Source: Promethearchaeota archaeon (lineage in GTDB: Archaea; Asgardarchaeota; Lokiarchaeia; Sigyniarchaeales; SOKP01). Taken from it: a stretch of 64,000 bases of DNA. The notes under the pieces were generated by a model, which saw nothing but the letters and a program-made list of their open reading frames with translations, had not been told where the DNA came from and made no database searches. Shown here piece by piece: positions 10,838-20,001 of this stretch (position 1 is the first letter of the stretch; every line of letters begins with the position of its first letter). Location of the stretch: contig JAEOTR010000017.1 of the NCBI GenBank assembly GCA_016839705.1, forward strand, positions 55,396-119,395. Direction: 5' to 3'. The translations under genes and the position numbers were made by a program.

Positions 10838-10935
10838 TTTCTACACCTAAATTCTAATTAACTAAGCGTTGCATTTTTAAATATTTTTAAATTTTATATT
10901 GCCAAAGGGTATAAAAATTTATTCAATTATCGATA

Positions 10936-12366
10936 TTAATCGTGTAATACTGGTTTTCTAGCAGCTAGAACCGCATCCAAACGTTTAATTGGAGTATTAT
11001 GAGGAGAGGTTTTTAGTGTATTTGGATCTGATTCTGCTTCATAGTATATTTTATCCATTACTTCAATAAAATGATCCAAAGAGGCTTTTGATTCAGTTTC
11101 AGTGGGTTCTATCATTAATGCTCCCTGAACCACTAGAGGAAAGTAAACCGTTGGGGCATATATTCCATAATCAAGCATTCTTTTAGCAACATCTTCGGTA
11201 GTTATATTATTAGGTAAATTGCGATCAGTGATAACGAATTCGTGTTGACAAGTACGCTTATATGGTAAAAAGTAATTATCTTTCAAAAGTACTCTTAAAT
11301 AATTGGCATTTAAAACGGATATCTGTCCAACTCTTTTTAATCCCTCAGCACCTAATGCTAATATATAAGCGTAAGCCCGAACTATTATCCCAAAATTTCC
11401 CCAAAACGCTTTAATTCGGCCTATAGAATTATCATTGTTTTCTTGGCAAGCTAAACCATTTTCAGTTGATATTATACATGGTCCTGGAAGATATGGGACA
11501 AGTTCATCTATCACTCCTAATGGTCCTGAACCTGGACCTCCACCTCCATGTGGTGTTGAAAAAGTTTTATGCAAATTCAGATGGACAATATCAAATCCCA
11601 TATCTCCGGGTCTACAAATACCCAATATGGGATTCAAATTTGCACCATCATAATAGCATAAACCCCCATTTTCATGAACAATTTTGGTGATTTTTTTAAT
11701 TTGCCGATCAAATATTCCTAATGTATTAGGATTCGTTAACATAATTCCTGCTACATCACCATCTGCCATAGCATATTCTAAATGATCAAGCGGTACTTCC
11801 CCAAATTTATTCGATTTTAATTCTATAATTGAGAATCCTGCCATTTTAGCTGAAGCAGGATTAGTTCCGTGAGCTGAATCGGGTACAATAATTTTATGTT
11901 TTTGAATTCCTTTTGATTCAAAAAACTTTTTTATAATCAATAATCCTGCTAATTCTCCATGCGCCCCAGCTGCAGGTTGAAGTGAAAAACCATCCATACC
12001 TGTTATTTCCCCTAATAATTTTGAGATGCCATATAATAATTCAATCGAACCATGATTTTCTTCTTGAAGGGGATGTACTTGGGAAAATCCTTTTAACCTT
12101 TCTACAACTTCATTAATTTTCGGGTTATATTTCATGGTACAAGAACCAAGAGGATATATTCCTGTATCCACACCATAATTATGTTGGCTTAACTTGACAA
12201 AATGACGAATAATTTCAATTTCTGGAATATTCGGAATAGGAATTTTTTCTCTAATTAAAGATTTAGGAAGTATTTCATTGAGATCAACGACTTCTATGTC
12301 CATATTTGGTATGTAATTACTCTGGGCTCCATTGATTCCTCTATCGAATATTAAATCAGATTTTAT
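10936..12366 (-). CDS. gcvPB: Glycine dehydrogenase (decarboxylating) subunit 2 (probable ATA start)
   Basis: YPLGSCTMKYNP, QPAAGAHGE, HLNLHKTFSTPHGGGGPG (PLP lysine); LIFDRG N-terminal motif lies upstream of the track ATG. Confidence 0.95.
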   Translation of the reverse strand: MKSDLIFDRGINGAQSNYIPNMDIEVVDLNEILPKSLIREKIPIPNIPEIEIIRHFVKLSQHNYGVDTGIYPLGSCTMKYNPKINEVVERLKGFSQVHPLQEENHGSIELLYGISKLLGEITGMDGFSLQPAAGAHGELAGLLIIKKFFESKGIQKHKIIVPDSAHGTNPASAKMAGFSIIELKSNKFGEVPLDHLEYAMADGDVAGIMLTNPNTLGIFDRQIKKITKIVHENGGLCYYDGANLNPILGICRPGDMGFDIVHLNLHKTFSTPHGGGGPGSGPLGVIDELVPYLPGPCIISTENGLACQENNDNSIGRIKAFWGNFGIIVRAYAYILALGAEGLKRVGQISVLNANYLRVLLKDNYFLPYKRTCQHEFVITDRNLPNNITTEDVAKRMLDYGIYAPTVYFPLVVQGALMIEPTETESKASLDHFIEVMDKIYYEAESDPNTLKTSPHNTPIKRLDAVLAARKPVLHD

Positions 12367-13709
12367 GATGATCTACCCTCCATATTATTTTCTAATGCCT
12401 TTTGAGCAGCAGAAATAAATCTATTGATTGAATTCTTTGAATTCATTTCAGTAACGCATACTAATGCGATATTTTGCATATCAGGATAATACTTTGAAAT
12501 TTCCAATGGAGGTAATAAATCGTGTTTCTTACACTCTACAATCAAAGAATTAATATTTGGACATTTAACTATAAACTCATTATATGTTGGTTTCTGATTT
12601 AAAATTGTGTATCCCGGAACTTTAGAGAGTTTTTGCTTGAGATAATGAACTTTTTGAAGATTTTGGAGGGCTATTTCCTTTAATCCTGTCTCACCCATTG
12701 CTAAAAGATAGGTTAATGCTGCCAATGCACATAATGCTTGATTCGTACATATATTTGAACTGGCTTTTTCACGTCGAATATGTTGTTCGCGTGCTTGTAA
12801 AGTTAAAATAAAACCTTCTCTTGAACCATTAATCTCTTTAGTTTTTCCAACCAATCTTCCGGGCATTTTTCTTAAATATTTCTGTCTTGCAGTAAATATT
12901 CCTAATCCTGGTCCTCCAAAAGAAGGATGAATCCCGAAAGATTGGCCTTCAGACACAAAAATATCAATCCCCATTGACCCAGGGGGTTTTAAAATACCCA
13001 AACAAGTTGGATCTGTCATTATTTGGATTACTAAACAACTTGGTGATACATCCTTGATATTTTTAACTAAGTCAGATATATCTTCGATATCACCAAAGAA
13101 ATTAGGACTCTGGAATAATACTGCAGCCACATCTTCGTCTAATTGGGCAATTAAAGTATTTTCTTTTGCTAGTTTGATATTAATATTTTGACCCCAACAA
13201 TAGGTTTTAACAACTTCGATATACTCTGGATGAATTCCATCAAGCAGAACTATAGTTTTTTTATTAGTAATTAGACTAGACATAACTGCTGCTTCAGCAA
13301 GGGCAGTAGAACCATCATACATGCTTGCATTAGCGACATCCATTTGAGTTAGTCGGGAGATTATCGTTTGATACTCATAAATAGCTTGCAAATATCCTTG
13401 GCTTGCTTCTGCTTGATAGGGGGTGTAGGAAGTGTAAAATTCTGATCTTGAAATTACGAAATTAACCAAAGAAGGTATGTAATGGTAATAACATCCTGCA
13501 CCTAAGAATGAATTAGAATAAATTTTGTTTTTTTTTGAAATTCCTTCCATGAGTTGTAAAAGATCAGGCTCAGATAAACCAGGAGGTAAATCTAATTTCT
13601 CTATGATTAGATCTTTCGGTATATCGTGAAAAAATTCTTCCAAACTAGAAACACCAGTTACTTTTAGCATCTCGGCAATGGTTTTATTATCCTGTGGGAC
13701 AAAATCCAT
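12363..13709 (-). CDS. gcvPA: Glycine dehydrogenase (decarboxylating) subunit 1
   Basis: FLGAGCY, YTPYQAEASQG, NASMYDG, REQHIRREKASSNICTNQAL. Confidence 0.96.
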   Translation of the reverse strand: MDFVPQDNKTIAEMLKVTGVSSLEEFFHDIPKDLIIEKLDLPPGLSEPDLLQLMEGISKKNKIYSNSFLGAGCYYHYIPSLVNFVISRSEFYTSYTPYQAEASQGYLQAIYEYQTIISRLTQMDVANASMYDGSTALAEAAVMSSLITNKKTIVLLDGIHPEYIEVVKTYCWGQNINIKLAKENTLIAQLDEDVAAVLFQSPNFFGDIEDISDLVKNIKDVSPSCLVIQIMTDPTCLGILKPPGSMGIDIFVSEGQSFGIHPSFGGPGLGIFTARQKYLRKMPGRLVGKTKEINGSREGFILTLQAREQHIRREKASSNICTNQALCALAALTYLLAMGETGLKEIALQNLQKVHYLKQKLSKVPGYTILNQKPTYNEFIVKCPNINSLIVECKKHDLLPPLEISKYYPDMQNIALVCVTEMNSKNSINRFISAAQKALENNMEGRSS

Positions 13710-13774
13710 ATGAACTATTTCAACTCAGTTGTTTACATTTAAAAATTAATTTAACGAATAAAAGAAAAAAAATA

Positions 13775-14170
13775 TTATTGTTCTTCTGATTTGACATATT
13801 CTTTATAATCTTCAACAGATATAAGTTCTTCAATTTCATTTGGATGAGAAATTTTAATCTTCATCATCCATCCACTATCATAAGGAGAATTATTTGCAAG
13901 TTCGGGATTATCAACAAGTCGCTTATTTATTTCAATAACTTCCCCAGATAGAGGCATTATTAGATCTCCTACTGCTTTCACCGATTCAATTTCACCGGCG
14001 TGACTTTCTTTTTCAAAAACCATTCCGACATCTGGGAGTTCAATAAAGACAATATCACCTAAATTATGTTGAGCGTAATCCGTTATCCCAACAACAGTAA
14101 CACTATTCTCAAATCTTACCCATTCATGAGTTGTTGTGTACATCAATTCACTTGGAAATTCATAACTCAT
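13775..14170 (-). CDS. gcvH: Glycine cleavage system H protein
   Basis: HEWV, GITDYAQ..LGDIVF, IESVKA lipoyl lysine, PY..GW. Confidence 0.96.
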   Translation of the reverse strand: MSYEFPSELMYTTTHEWVRFENSVTVVGITDYAQHNLGDIVFIELPDVGMVFEKESHAGEIESVKAVGDLIMPLSGEVIEINKRLVDNPELANNSPYDSGWMMKIKISHPNEIEELISVEDYKEYVKSEEQ

Positions 14171-14203
14171 TTTTTTTCACATTTTTCTATGATTCTTTAT
14201 TAT

Positions 14204-15301
14204 TTACACATTTCGATAAAAAGGTGTAGAAACTATGATACCCTGTACAACCTTCCCACGGATTTCAATTTCTAACTCAGTCCCAACTTCATTAAACGGA
14301 ATTTTTACCAATCCTAAACCGATAGTCTTCTTAAGTGTAGGTGAATATCCACCAGAAGTTACATATCCTATTTCATTACCGTCTTTAAAGATTTTACAAT
14401 TCTGACGAATAATACCTTTACCCCGTAAATTAAGGCCAACTAAGATTCTCTCTGTACCTTCAGATTTCTGTTTCAATAAATTTTCTTTTCCAATATACTC
14501 AACACTTTTTTTAGGTTTTACTAGCCAGTTCAATCCTGCTTCAATTGGAGTGATAGTGTCATTAATTTCGTGCCCATATAATGAATAAGCTGCTTCTAAT
14601 CTTAATGAATCTCTCGCACCTAAACCAGCAGGACTAGCTCCTGTCTTTAATAAATCATTCCAGATTTTCTCTGAATTTTCTTTATCAAAAGAAATTTCAA
14701 ATCCTCTTTCTCCTGTGTATCCCGTTCTAGCTAAAAAGATAGGTATATTGTTCAGTTTACAATGTTTGAAATAAAACCTTTTAATATCAGATAGATCAAT
14801 ATCAACAAGCGGTTGAAGTAGATCGTCTGATTTAGGCCCTTGTAATGCTAAACGACTTCGTTTTGAAGTTAGATCTTGAATTTTCACGTCTTTTCCCTTA
14901 ATATGTTCATTTAACCACTGAAAATCCTTTTGAATATTTACAGCATTTACGATTATTCTAAAAAGTTCAACATTCTCTTCATAGTAGAACAAATCATCAA
15001 CAACGGTTCCATTCTCATAGCACATGCAAGAATATTGTCCTTTAGATTCTTCCAGTAAATTTAAATCATTTACCATGATATATTGAAGAAAAGGGAATAC
15101 ATCCTTACCATTGAGTAAAAATTCTCCCATATGAGATATATCAAAAACTCCTGCGTTGGAGCGAACGTTCTCGTGTTCCTTAATTATACTCTGATATTGA
15201 ACTGGCATCAACCATCCAGAAAAGTTAACTATTCGTGCACCGAGATTTTTGTGAATCTCGTAAAGGGGTGTTCTTTTATTACCGTTTTTTTCAATATCCA
15301 C
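14204..15301 (-). CDS. gcvT: Glycine cleavage system aminomethyltransferase T
   Basis: RTPLY, GWLMPVQY, FDISHMG, RTGYTGERGFE, GLGARDSLRLEA. Confidence 0.96.
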   Translation of the reverse strand: MDIEKNGNKRTPLYEIHKNLGARIVNFSGWLMPVQYQSIIKEHENVRSNAGVFDISHMGEFLLNGKDVFPFLQYIMVNDLNLLEESKGQYSCMCYENGTVVDDLFYYEENVELFRIIVNAVNIQKDFQWLNEHIKGKDVKIQDLTSKRSRLALQGPKSDDLLQPLVDIDLSDIKRFYFKHCKLNNIPIFLARTGYTGERGFEISFDKENSEKIWNDLLKTGASPAGLGARDSLRLEAAYSLYGHEINDTITPIEAGLNWLVKPKKSVEYIGKENLLKQKSEGTERILVGLNLRGKGIIRQNCKIFKDGNEIGYVTSGGYSPTLKKTIGLGLVKIPFNEVGTELEIEIRGKVVQGIIVSTPFYRNV

Positions 15302-15503
15302 TTTATCTACCCTGTTTTTACATTATTAAATGTGCATTAGGTATCTTGTAGAATAAAATAGTATGAAAAATTTAAATTTTTAGAGTTTAGGTTATTAGGT
15401 GCCATAGCAATTAATAGAATATGATGGAACCATTAGTAATAAACTAAATCTTTTAATCATATATTCATAAAAGTTTAATTATTAGGTTGATTTTACTAAA
15501 AAA

Positions 15504-16406
15504 ATGAGCGAGGATAATAATAAGGATTTTTTTTTACCATTAAGGAATTTGTTCCAAGAAAGTTTAATTCGTGATATTATCATCTTTACTTTCATTTTTA
15601 TATTAGTGAACACACAAGGATGGGTTGATATATTTCTTCTATTATTTCCACTCGTGACTTTTGGATTTTCACTTTTCTTTAGAATAATCAATTCAAATAA
15701 ATGGAGAACCGAATTTGAAAACAGTTATATTATTTATAATCCTTTGGGCTTAGAAAAAAAACATGCAAATCGTCTAACTTTTTCTGCTCTCGTTCAATTA
15801 ATATTAATATTTTGGTTAGGTGCGGAATCCCTCTACAATCCACATTTGGTAGAAGGATATTTTATATACTTTAATTTGTTATTCTTCTTCTCATTTTCAT
15901 TTGGTTTTTTTTGGGTTTTTATTGATGTGTGGAAATATTCAAGAATAGAGATCATTTCCGATGAGGATAATAATGGAAATATCCCAAAATATAAATCTAA
16001 TAATAGAAGTAATAAAGGGAATGTAATATCTTCTCTTAATATTCAAAATGTAAGGATTATCAGTATAACTAATTTCTTAGGATTCATCATCTTAAACATT
16101 ATAAATACTATATTAACCCTCTTTATATTCTTTAATCCATCTCTAGGAATCCCCTTGATCCTTCCTGGAACTGGAAGTTTGGGCTCAGAACCTATAAAAA
16201 TATCTCTGATTTTCTACATATTACTCATAATTTCTCCTTTATTAACTGCTATTTCACTTTTTTTAAACTACCGAGACATCAATAAATTTCAAAAAGAAAA
16301 ATTAGATAAAATTATTAAATCCTTTCCACCGAATATTCAAATACAAATTATGGAAAATCTGAAGGGAATAAATGAAAAAATAAAAAAACAAATGAAAATT
16401 GAATGA
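15504..16406 (+). CDS. Hypothetical multi-pass membrane protein
   Basis: 300-aa ORF with about 6 hydrophobic segments. Confidence 0.7.
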   Translation: MSEDNNKDFFLPLRNLFQESLIRDIIIFTFIFILVNTQGWVDIFLLLFPLVTFGFSLFFRIINSNKWRTEFENSYIIYNPLGLEKKHANRLTFSALVQLILIFWLGAESLYNPHLVEGYFIYFNLLFFFSFSFGFFWVFIDVWKYSRIEIISDEDNNGNIPKYKSNNRSNKGNVISSLNIQNVRIISITNFLGFIILNIINTILTLFIFFNPSLGIPLILPGTGSLGSEPIKISLIFYILLIISPLLTAISLFLNYRDINKFQKEKLDKIIKSFPPNIQIQIMENLKGINEKIKKQMKIE

Positions 16407-16452
16407 AGAATTAAGAAAATCAAATTAAGAATTGAAAAAATGTGTAAAAAAC

Positions 16453-16986
16453 TTAATCTATAATTCCCTGTTTTTTCAAGATTAACTTTGTTAAAGTTTC
16501 AAATATCCTTTTGTTATTCTCCCCACTCTTTGAGGAAGTCTCATAAAACCGGTCAATCTTGTGTTTCTCTTTAAATTCTTGAGCTTGTGTAGTTTCTACA
16601 CTTCGACGGATATCTGCCAAATCTAACTTTTCTCCAACCAGAATAAAAACGGGATTAACTGCGTTATTCTTTACAATATTATACCATTCTTCTAAACTTT
16701 CAAAACTTGTATGACGAGTTATGTCATAACATAATAAACATCCTGTAGCCCCTCGAGCATAGTTAGGAAGAAATATTCGAAAACGCCTTTCCCCAGCAAA
16801 ATCCCAGATCTGGAGGTTAGCTGTTGTTTTCTCATCTATTTGGATATTTTCAACAGCTAAATCTGTTCCTATGGTTATTTTCTGCGGAATGAACTGCCCC
16901 GTCGATAACCTCTGCACCATAGTGCTTTTTCCGACGCCCCCGTCTCCCACAACAACTATTTTGAACAAAAGTTTACGCGATGCCAT
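16453..16986 (-). CDS. Rab-like small GTPase
   Basis: GDGGVGKS, TIG, WDFAGE, YARGA, YDIT, GEKLD, ETSSK. Confidence 0.92.
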   Translation of the reverse strand: MASRKLLFKIVVVGDGGVGKSTMVQRLSTGQFIPQKITIGTDLAVENIQIDEKTTANLQIWDFAGERRFRIFLPNYARGATGCLLCYDITRHTSFESLEEWYNIVKNNAVNPVFILVGEKLDLADIRRSVETTQAQEFKEKHKIDRFYETSSKSGENNKRIFETLTKLILKKQGIID

Positions 16987-17202
16987 TATTGTTTATTTTT
17001 GGGGAGTTTTTTTAATATATTATTATTTTCTCTGTAAAAAATTTTTCTTACATTAATTATCGAATAGACCTTTTTTATATTTAAATTACATGATAATTAC
17101 TTAAATAATGCATGAATTTGCAATTAATGAAGAATTTCGATCTTTCAACTAAGAATCTAATTTTTCAAATATAAAAAGAAATAATAATAAAAAATTAAAG
17201 GT

Positions 17203-18147
17203 TTATTCTTCCAGAATATCTTTCAGCTCATCTACATTAAGATTTAAATAGTTAGCTTTTATTAAACTTTTACCGAGAAGAGTTAAGAAATTCTTTTTAC
17301 GCTTTTTATTAAGAAATTTCTTCATTTCAGATAAATCAGGATTTGGGTCAGTAATTTCAATCAATTTTTTTTCAACAGCGCTATCAACAACTTTTTGACC
17401 TACATCAGTTCTAATTATTAAGAATGCTTCACCAGAGCCTTTTGGGGCACCCCAAGGAGAATAGGAAATGTCTGAGAATTCTCCAGAAAAATCGGTACAA
17501 TATTTACAACCAGTCATCCCTCCTGATGAACAAGCATAAGCTATCCGTAAAGATGTTCTCTCTGCTCCTGTATTGAAATCCGAAACAAGAATCTTTCCTA
17601 ATCCTTGGAAATGACAAGGATTACCAATGATTCCAATGTCACGTTTGTAATCTTTATAGGCTTGACCAATACCCGTGATTAATGGTCCTGCATTATCCAT
17701 TGTGGATTTTGGAATATATTTTTTTGCGTCTTTCGCATTATCAACTACCACTGGAAAAGCTACAGGAGGTTTTTTACTTTTTGGTTCACTTAAAACCATG
17801 TGTTTTACAACTCCCGACTCAAAAGCAGCTGAAACGAGATTGTATAATATATCATCCTTATTTTTAGATTTTACTTGGATGATGTCTTTATAAACGCCAG
17901 TACCTAGATCTATTCGTGTTTTACCAAATAATTTCTGCTCAATTTCAGATATCGGTAGAAAAGATCTTGGGCAAGCATTATAACATAATCCTACAGTTTC
18001 AGCACATTCATCTACAACATACGCTTCTCCAGTATCATGGTTAAAGTCCATATGTGGGCAAAAAGCATTACAACTTCCACAGTGAATGCATAAACCGGAA
18101 TATATTACTTCATTTTCGAGATCTTGACTTGATTTTTCAATTTTCAT
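17203..18147 (-). CDS. Coenzyme F420 hydrogenase/dehydrogenase beta-subunit (FrhB/FdhB) family protein with N-terminal ferredoxin
   Basis: CIHCGSCNAFCP, GLCYNACP, GNPCH, GCKYCTDFSGEFSDIS, IIRTDVG; ATG 18147 preferred. Confidence 0.85.
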   Translation of the reverse strand: MKIEKSSQDLENEVIYSGLCIHCGSCNAFCPHMDFNHDTGEAYVVDECAETVGLCYNACPRSFLPISEIEQKLFGKTRIDLGTGVYKDIIQVKSKNKDDILYNLVSAAFESGVVKHMVLSEPKSKKPPVAFPVVVDNAKDAKKYIPKSTMDNAGPLITGIGQAYKDYKRDIGIIGNPCHFQGLGKILVSDFNTGAERTSLRIAYACSSGGMTGCKYCTDFSGEFSDISYSPWGAPKGSGEAFLIIRTDVGQKVVDSAVEKKLIEITDPNPDLSEMKKFLNKKRKKNFLTLLGKSLIKANYLNLNVDELKDILEE

Positions 18148-18180
18148 TTGATTCTTCCATAATGTATAATATATTTTTAT

Positions 18181-18240
18181 GTGTGAAACTTCACACGATA
18201 ATTGCATAAATAGATAATTGCTTTTAATAATTGCTTTTAA
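18181..18240. promoter_or_regulatory. Inverted repeat and 13-bp tandem repeat between the divergent frhB-like and rhaA genes
   Basis: GTGTGAA-AC-TTCACAC (18181-18196); TAATTGCTTTTAA x2 (18215-18240). Confidence 0.4.
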
Positions 18241-18374
18241 TGATATTTGCTAGAAAATTAAAAAATTTTTTAGCATCTCAAAAGGTAGTAATAGATTATG
18301 GAACATATCCTATAGAAATCAATTGATGATTACACTGATATTTTAAAAATTAAGAAATATATCTAGATCTAGAA

Positions 18375-19640
18375 ATGAATGCTAAAATAGTGGACGCCTA
18401 TTCTCTGGCTTCTAAAAAATATGATGATTTGGGTGTAAATATCGAAAAAATCTTAAATAAATTAGTAGAAATCCCGATCTCAATTCATGCATGGCAAGGT
18501 GATGATGTTAGTGGCTTCGAAAGACCTAACTCAAAGTTAAATGGGGGTGGGATCATAGCTACGGGAAATTATCCTGGAAAAGCAAGTAATATAAAACAAC
18601 TCCAAATGGATTTAGATACAGCATTATCTCTAATTCCAGGTACTCATCGTGTAAATCTACATTCTTTTCATGGTGATTTTGGTGGAAAATTTGTGGAGAG
18701 AAATCTTTATACACCAGAATATTTCCAAAGCTGGATAGAATGGGCTAAGGAAAGGAATTTAAAATTAGATATGAATAGCACCCTTTTTTCTCATCCTAAA
18801 GCAGATGATGGTTTTACTTTGAGTAGTAAATCAAATGAAATCCGTCAATTTTGGATTGAACATGTTTGTAGATGTCGTGAAATAAGTGCTGAAATAGGGA
18901 AGCAGCTAAAAAGCCCCTGTATACACAATATATGGATCCCTGATGGTTTTAAAGATACACCCGTAGATAGAAAAGGATATAGAGAACTATTAAAAAATTC
19001 TTTAGATGAAATACTCCAAGAAAAATATTCTACTTCACTAATGAAAGATACGGTTGAGGGAAAACTTTTCGGTATCGGTAGTGAAGCCTTCGTAGTTGGT
19101 AGTCATGAATTTTATTTAAGTTATGCAATTACCAATCAAGTCATGTTAACTCTTGATACAGGACACTTTCACCCAACTGAATCTGTAGGAGATAAAATAT
19201 CTTCTATTCTTCCCTTTATCCCAGAATTATTAATTCATATTAGTCGTGGGATAAGATGGGATAGTGATCATGTAGTTATACTCAGTGACGAATTGATTCA
19301 ATTAATTGAAGAAATTGTAAGGAGTGATGCCATGGACAGAATTCATTTAGGATTAGATTATTTTGATGCTTCAATTAATCGTATTGGAGCTTGGGTGATT
19401 GGTACTCGGGGGGTTCAAAAGGCTTTACTATGTGCTTTGATTCAACCATGGCAGATTTTAAAGGAATTTGAAGAAAACGGACAGTACTTCCAACGACTTG
19501 CCTTTCTAGAAGAGTTAAAAACACTTCCATTTGGTTCTGTGTGGGACTATTTCTGTTTAATAAATAATGTTCCTATAGGATTTTCTTGGATTAATGAAAT
19601 TGAGAAATATGAAAAGGAAGTTTTAAGAAAAAGAAGCTGA
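18375..19640 (+). CDS. rhaA: L-rhamnose isomerase
   Basis: ISIHAWQGDDVSGFE, ATGNYPGKA, NIWIPDG, KLFGIGSE, GHFHPTE, RWDSDHVV, LDYFDASINRI. Confidence 0.95.
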   Translation: MNAKIVDAYSLASKKYDDLGVNIEKILNKLVEIPISIHAWQGDDVSGFERPNSKLNGGGIIATGNYPGKASNIKQLQMDLDTALSLIPGTHRVNLHSFHGDFGGKFVERNLYTPEYFQSWIEWAKERNLKLDMNSTLFSHPKADDGFTLSSKSNEIRQFWIEHVCRCREISAEIGKQLKSPCIHNIWIPDGFKDTPVDRKGYRELLKNSLDEILQEKYSTSLMKDTVEGKLFGIGSEAFVVGSHEFYLSYAITNQVMLTLDTGHFHPTESVGDKISSILPFIPELLIHISRGIRWDSDHVVILSDELIQLIEEIVRSDAMDRIHLGLDYFDASINRIGAWVIGTRGVQKALLCALIQPWQILKEFEENGQYFQRLAFLEELKTLPFGSVWDYFCLINNVPIGFSWINEIEKYEKEVLRKRS

Positions 19641-19650
19641 AGAAAAGAAT

Positions 19651-19941
19651 TTAACACTCTTTTTCGGTTTCATCTAGAAAACGAGAACATGTCTCATCTA
19701 GTTTTTGAATTATGCGTTCACGATCCTTCCACGTTATCCAAGTATTTCCCGATTTTTCAAAATGAAACCCATCGTATTCTTCTTTGACTTTGGCTAAAGT
19801 TTTTTTAATAAAACTCCAGGAAAAGCCCGTATCTTCAACTACTTTAGCAATAGCAACAGGATGATTGATTTGCAGTTTATTATTAAAATACTCAATAATT
19901 TTTTCGAATCCTGTTTTTGGAGTTTTTTCTATCTTTGACAT
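19651..19941 (-). CDS. Small hypothetical protein, possible winged-helix DNA-binding fold
   Basis: IAKVVEDTGFSWSFIKKTL is HTH-like, followed by a beta-hairpin pattern. Confidence 0.55.
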   Translation of the reverse strand: MSKIEKTPKTGFEKIIEYFNNKLQINHPVAIAKVVEDTGFSWSFIKKTLAKVKEEYDGFHFEKSGNTWITWKDRERIIQKLDETCSRFLDETEKEC

Positions 19942-20001
19942 ACAATAGAATTTTAATTAATATTTCTATATAAAATAGATTAATATTTATTTAAAGTGTA
20001 A

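Noticed and set aside
15395-15436. Hairpin-like sequence upstream of gcvT as a glycine riboswitch
   Set aside because: It lacks the conserved glycine aptamer motifs and is too short
17203-18207. Selenocysteine read-through in the FrhB-like or C-GCAxxG-C-C genes
   Set aside because: Both ORFs are complete without an in-frame TGA, and no SECIS-like element was recognised
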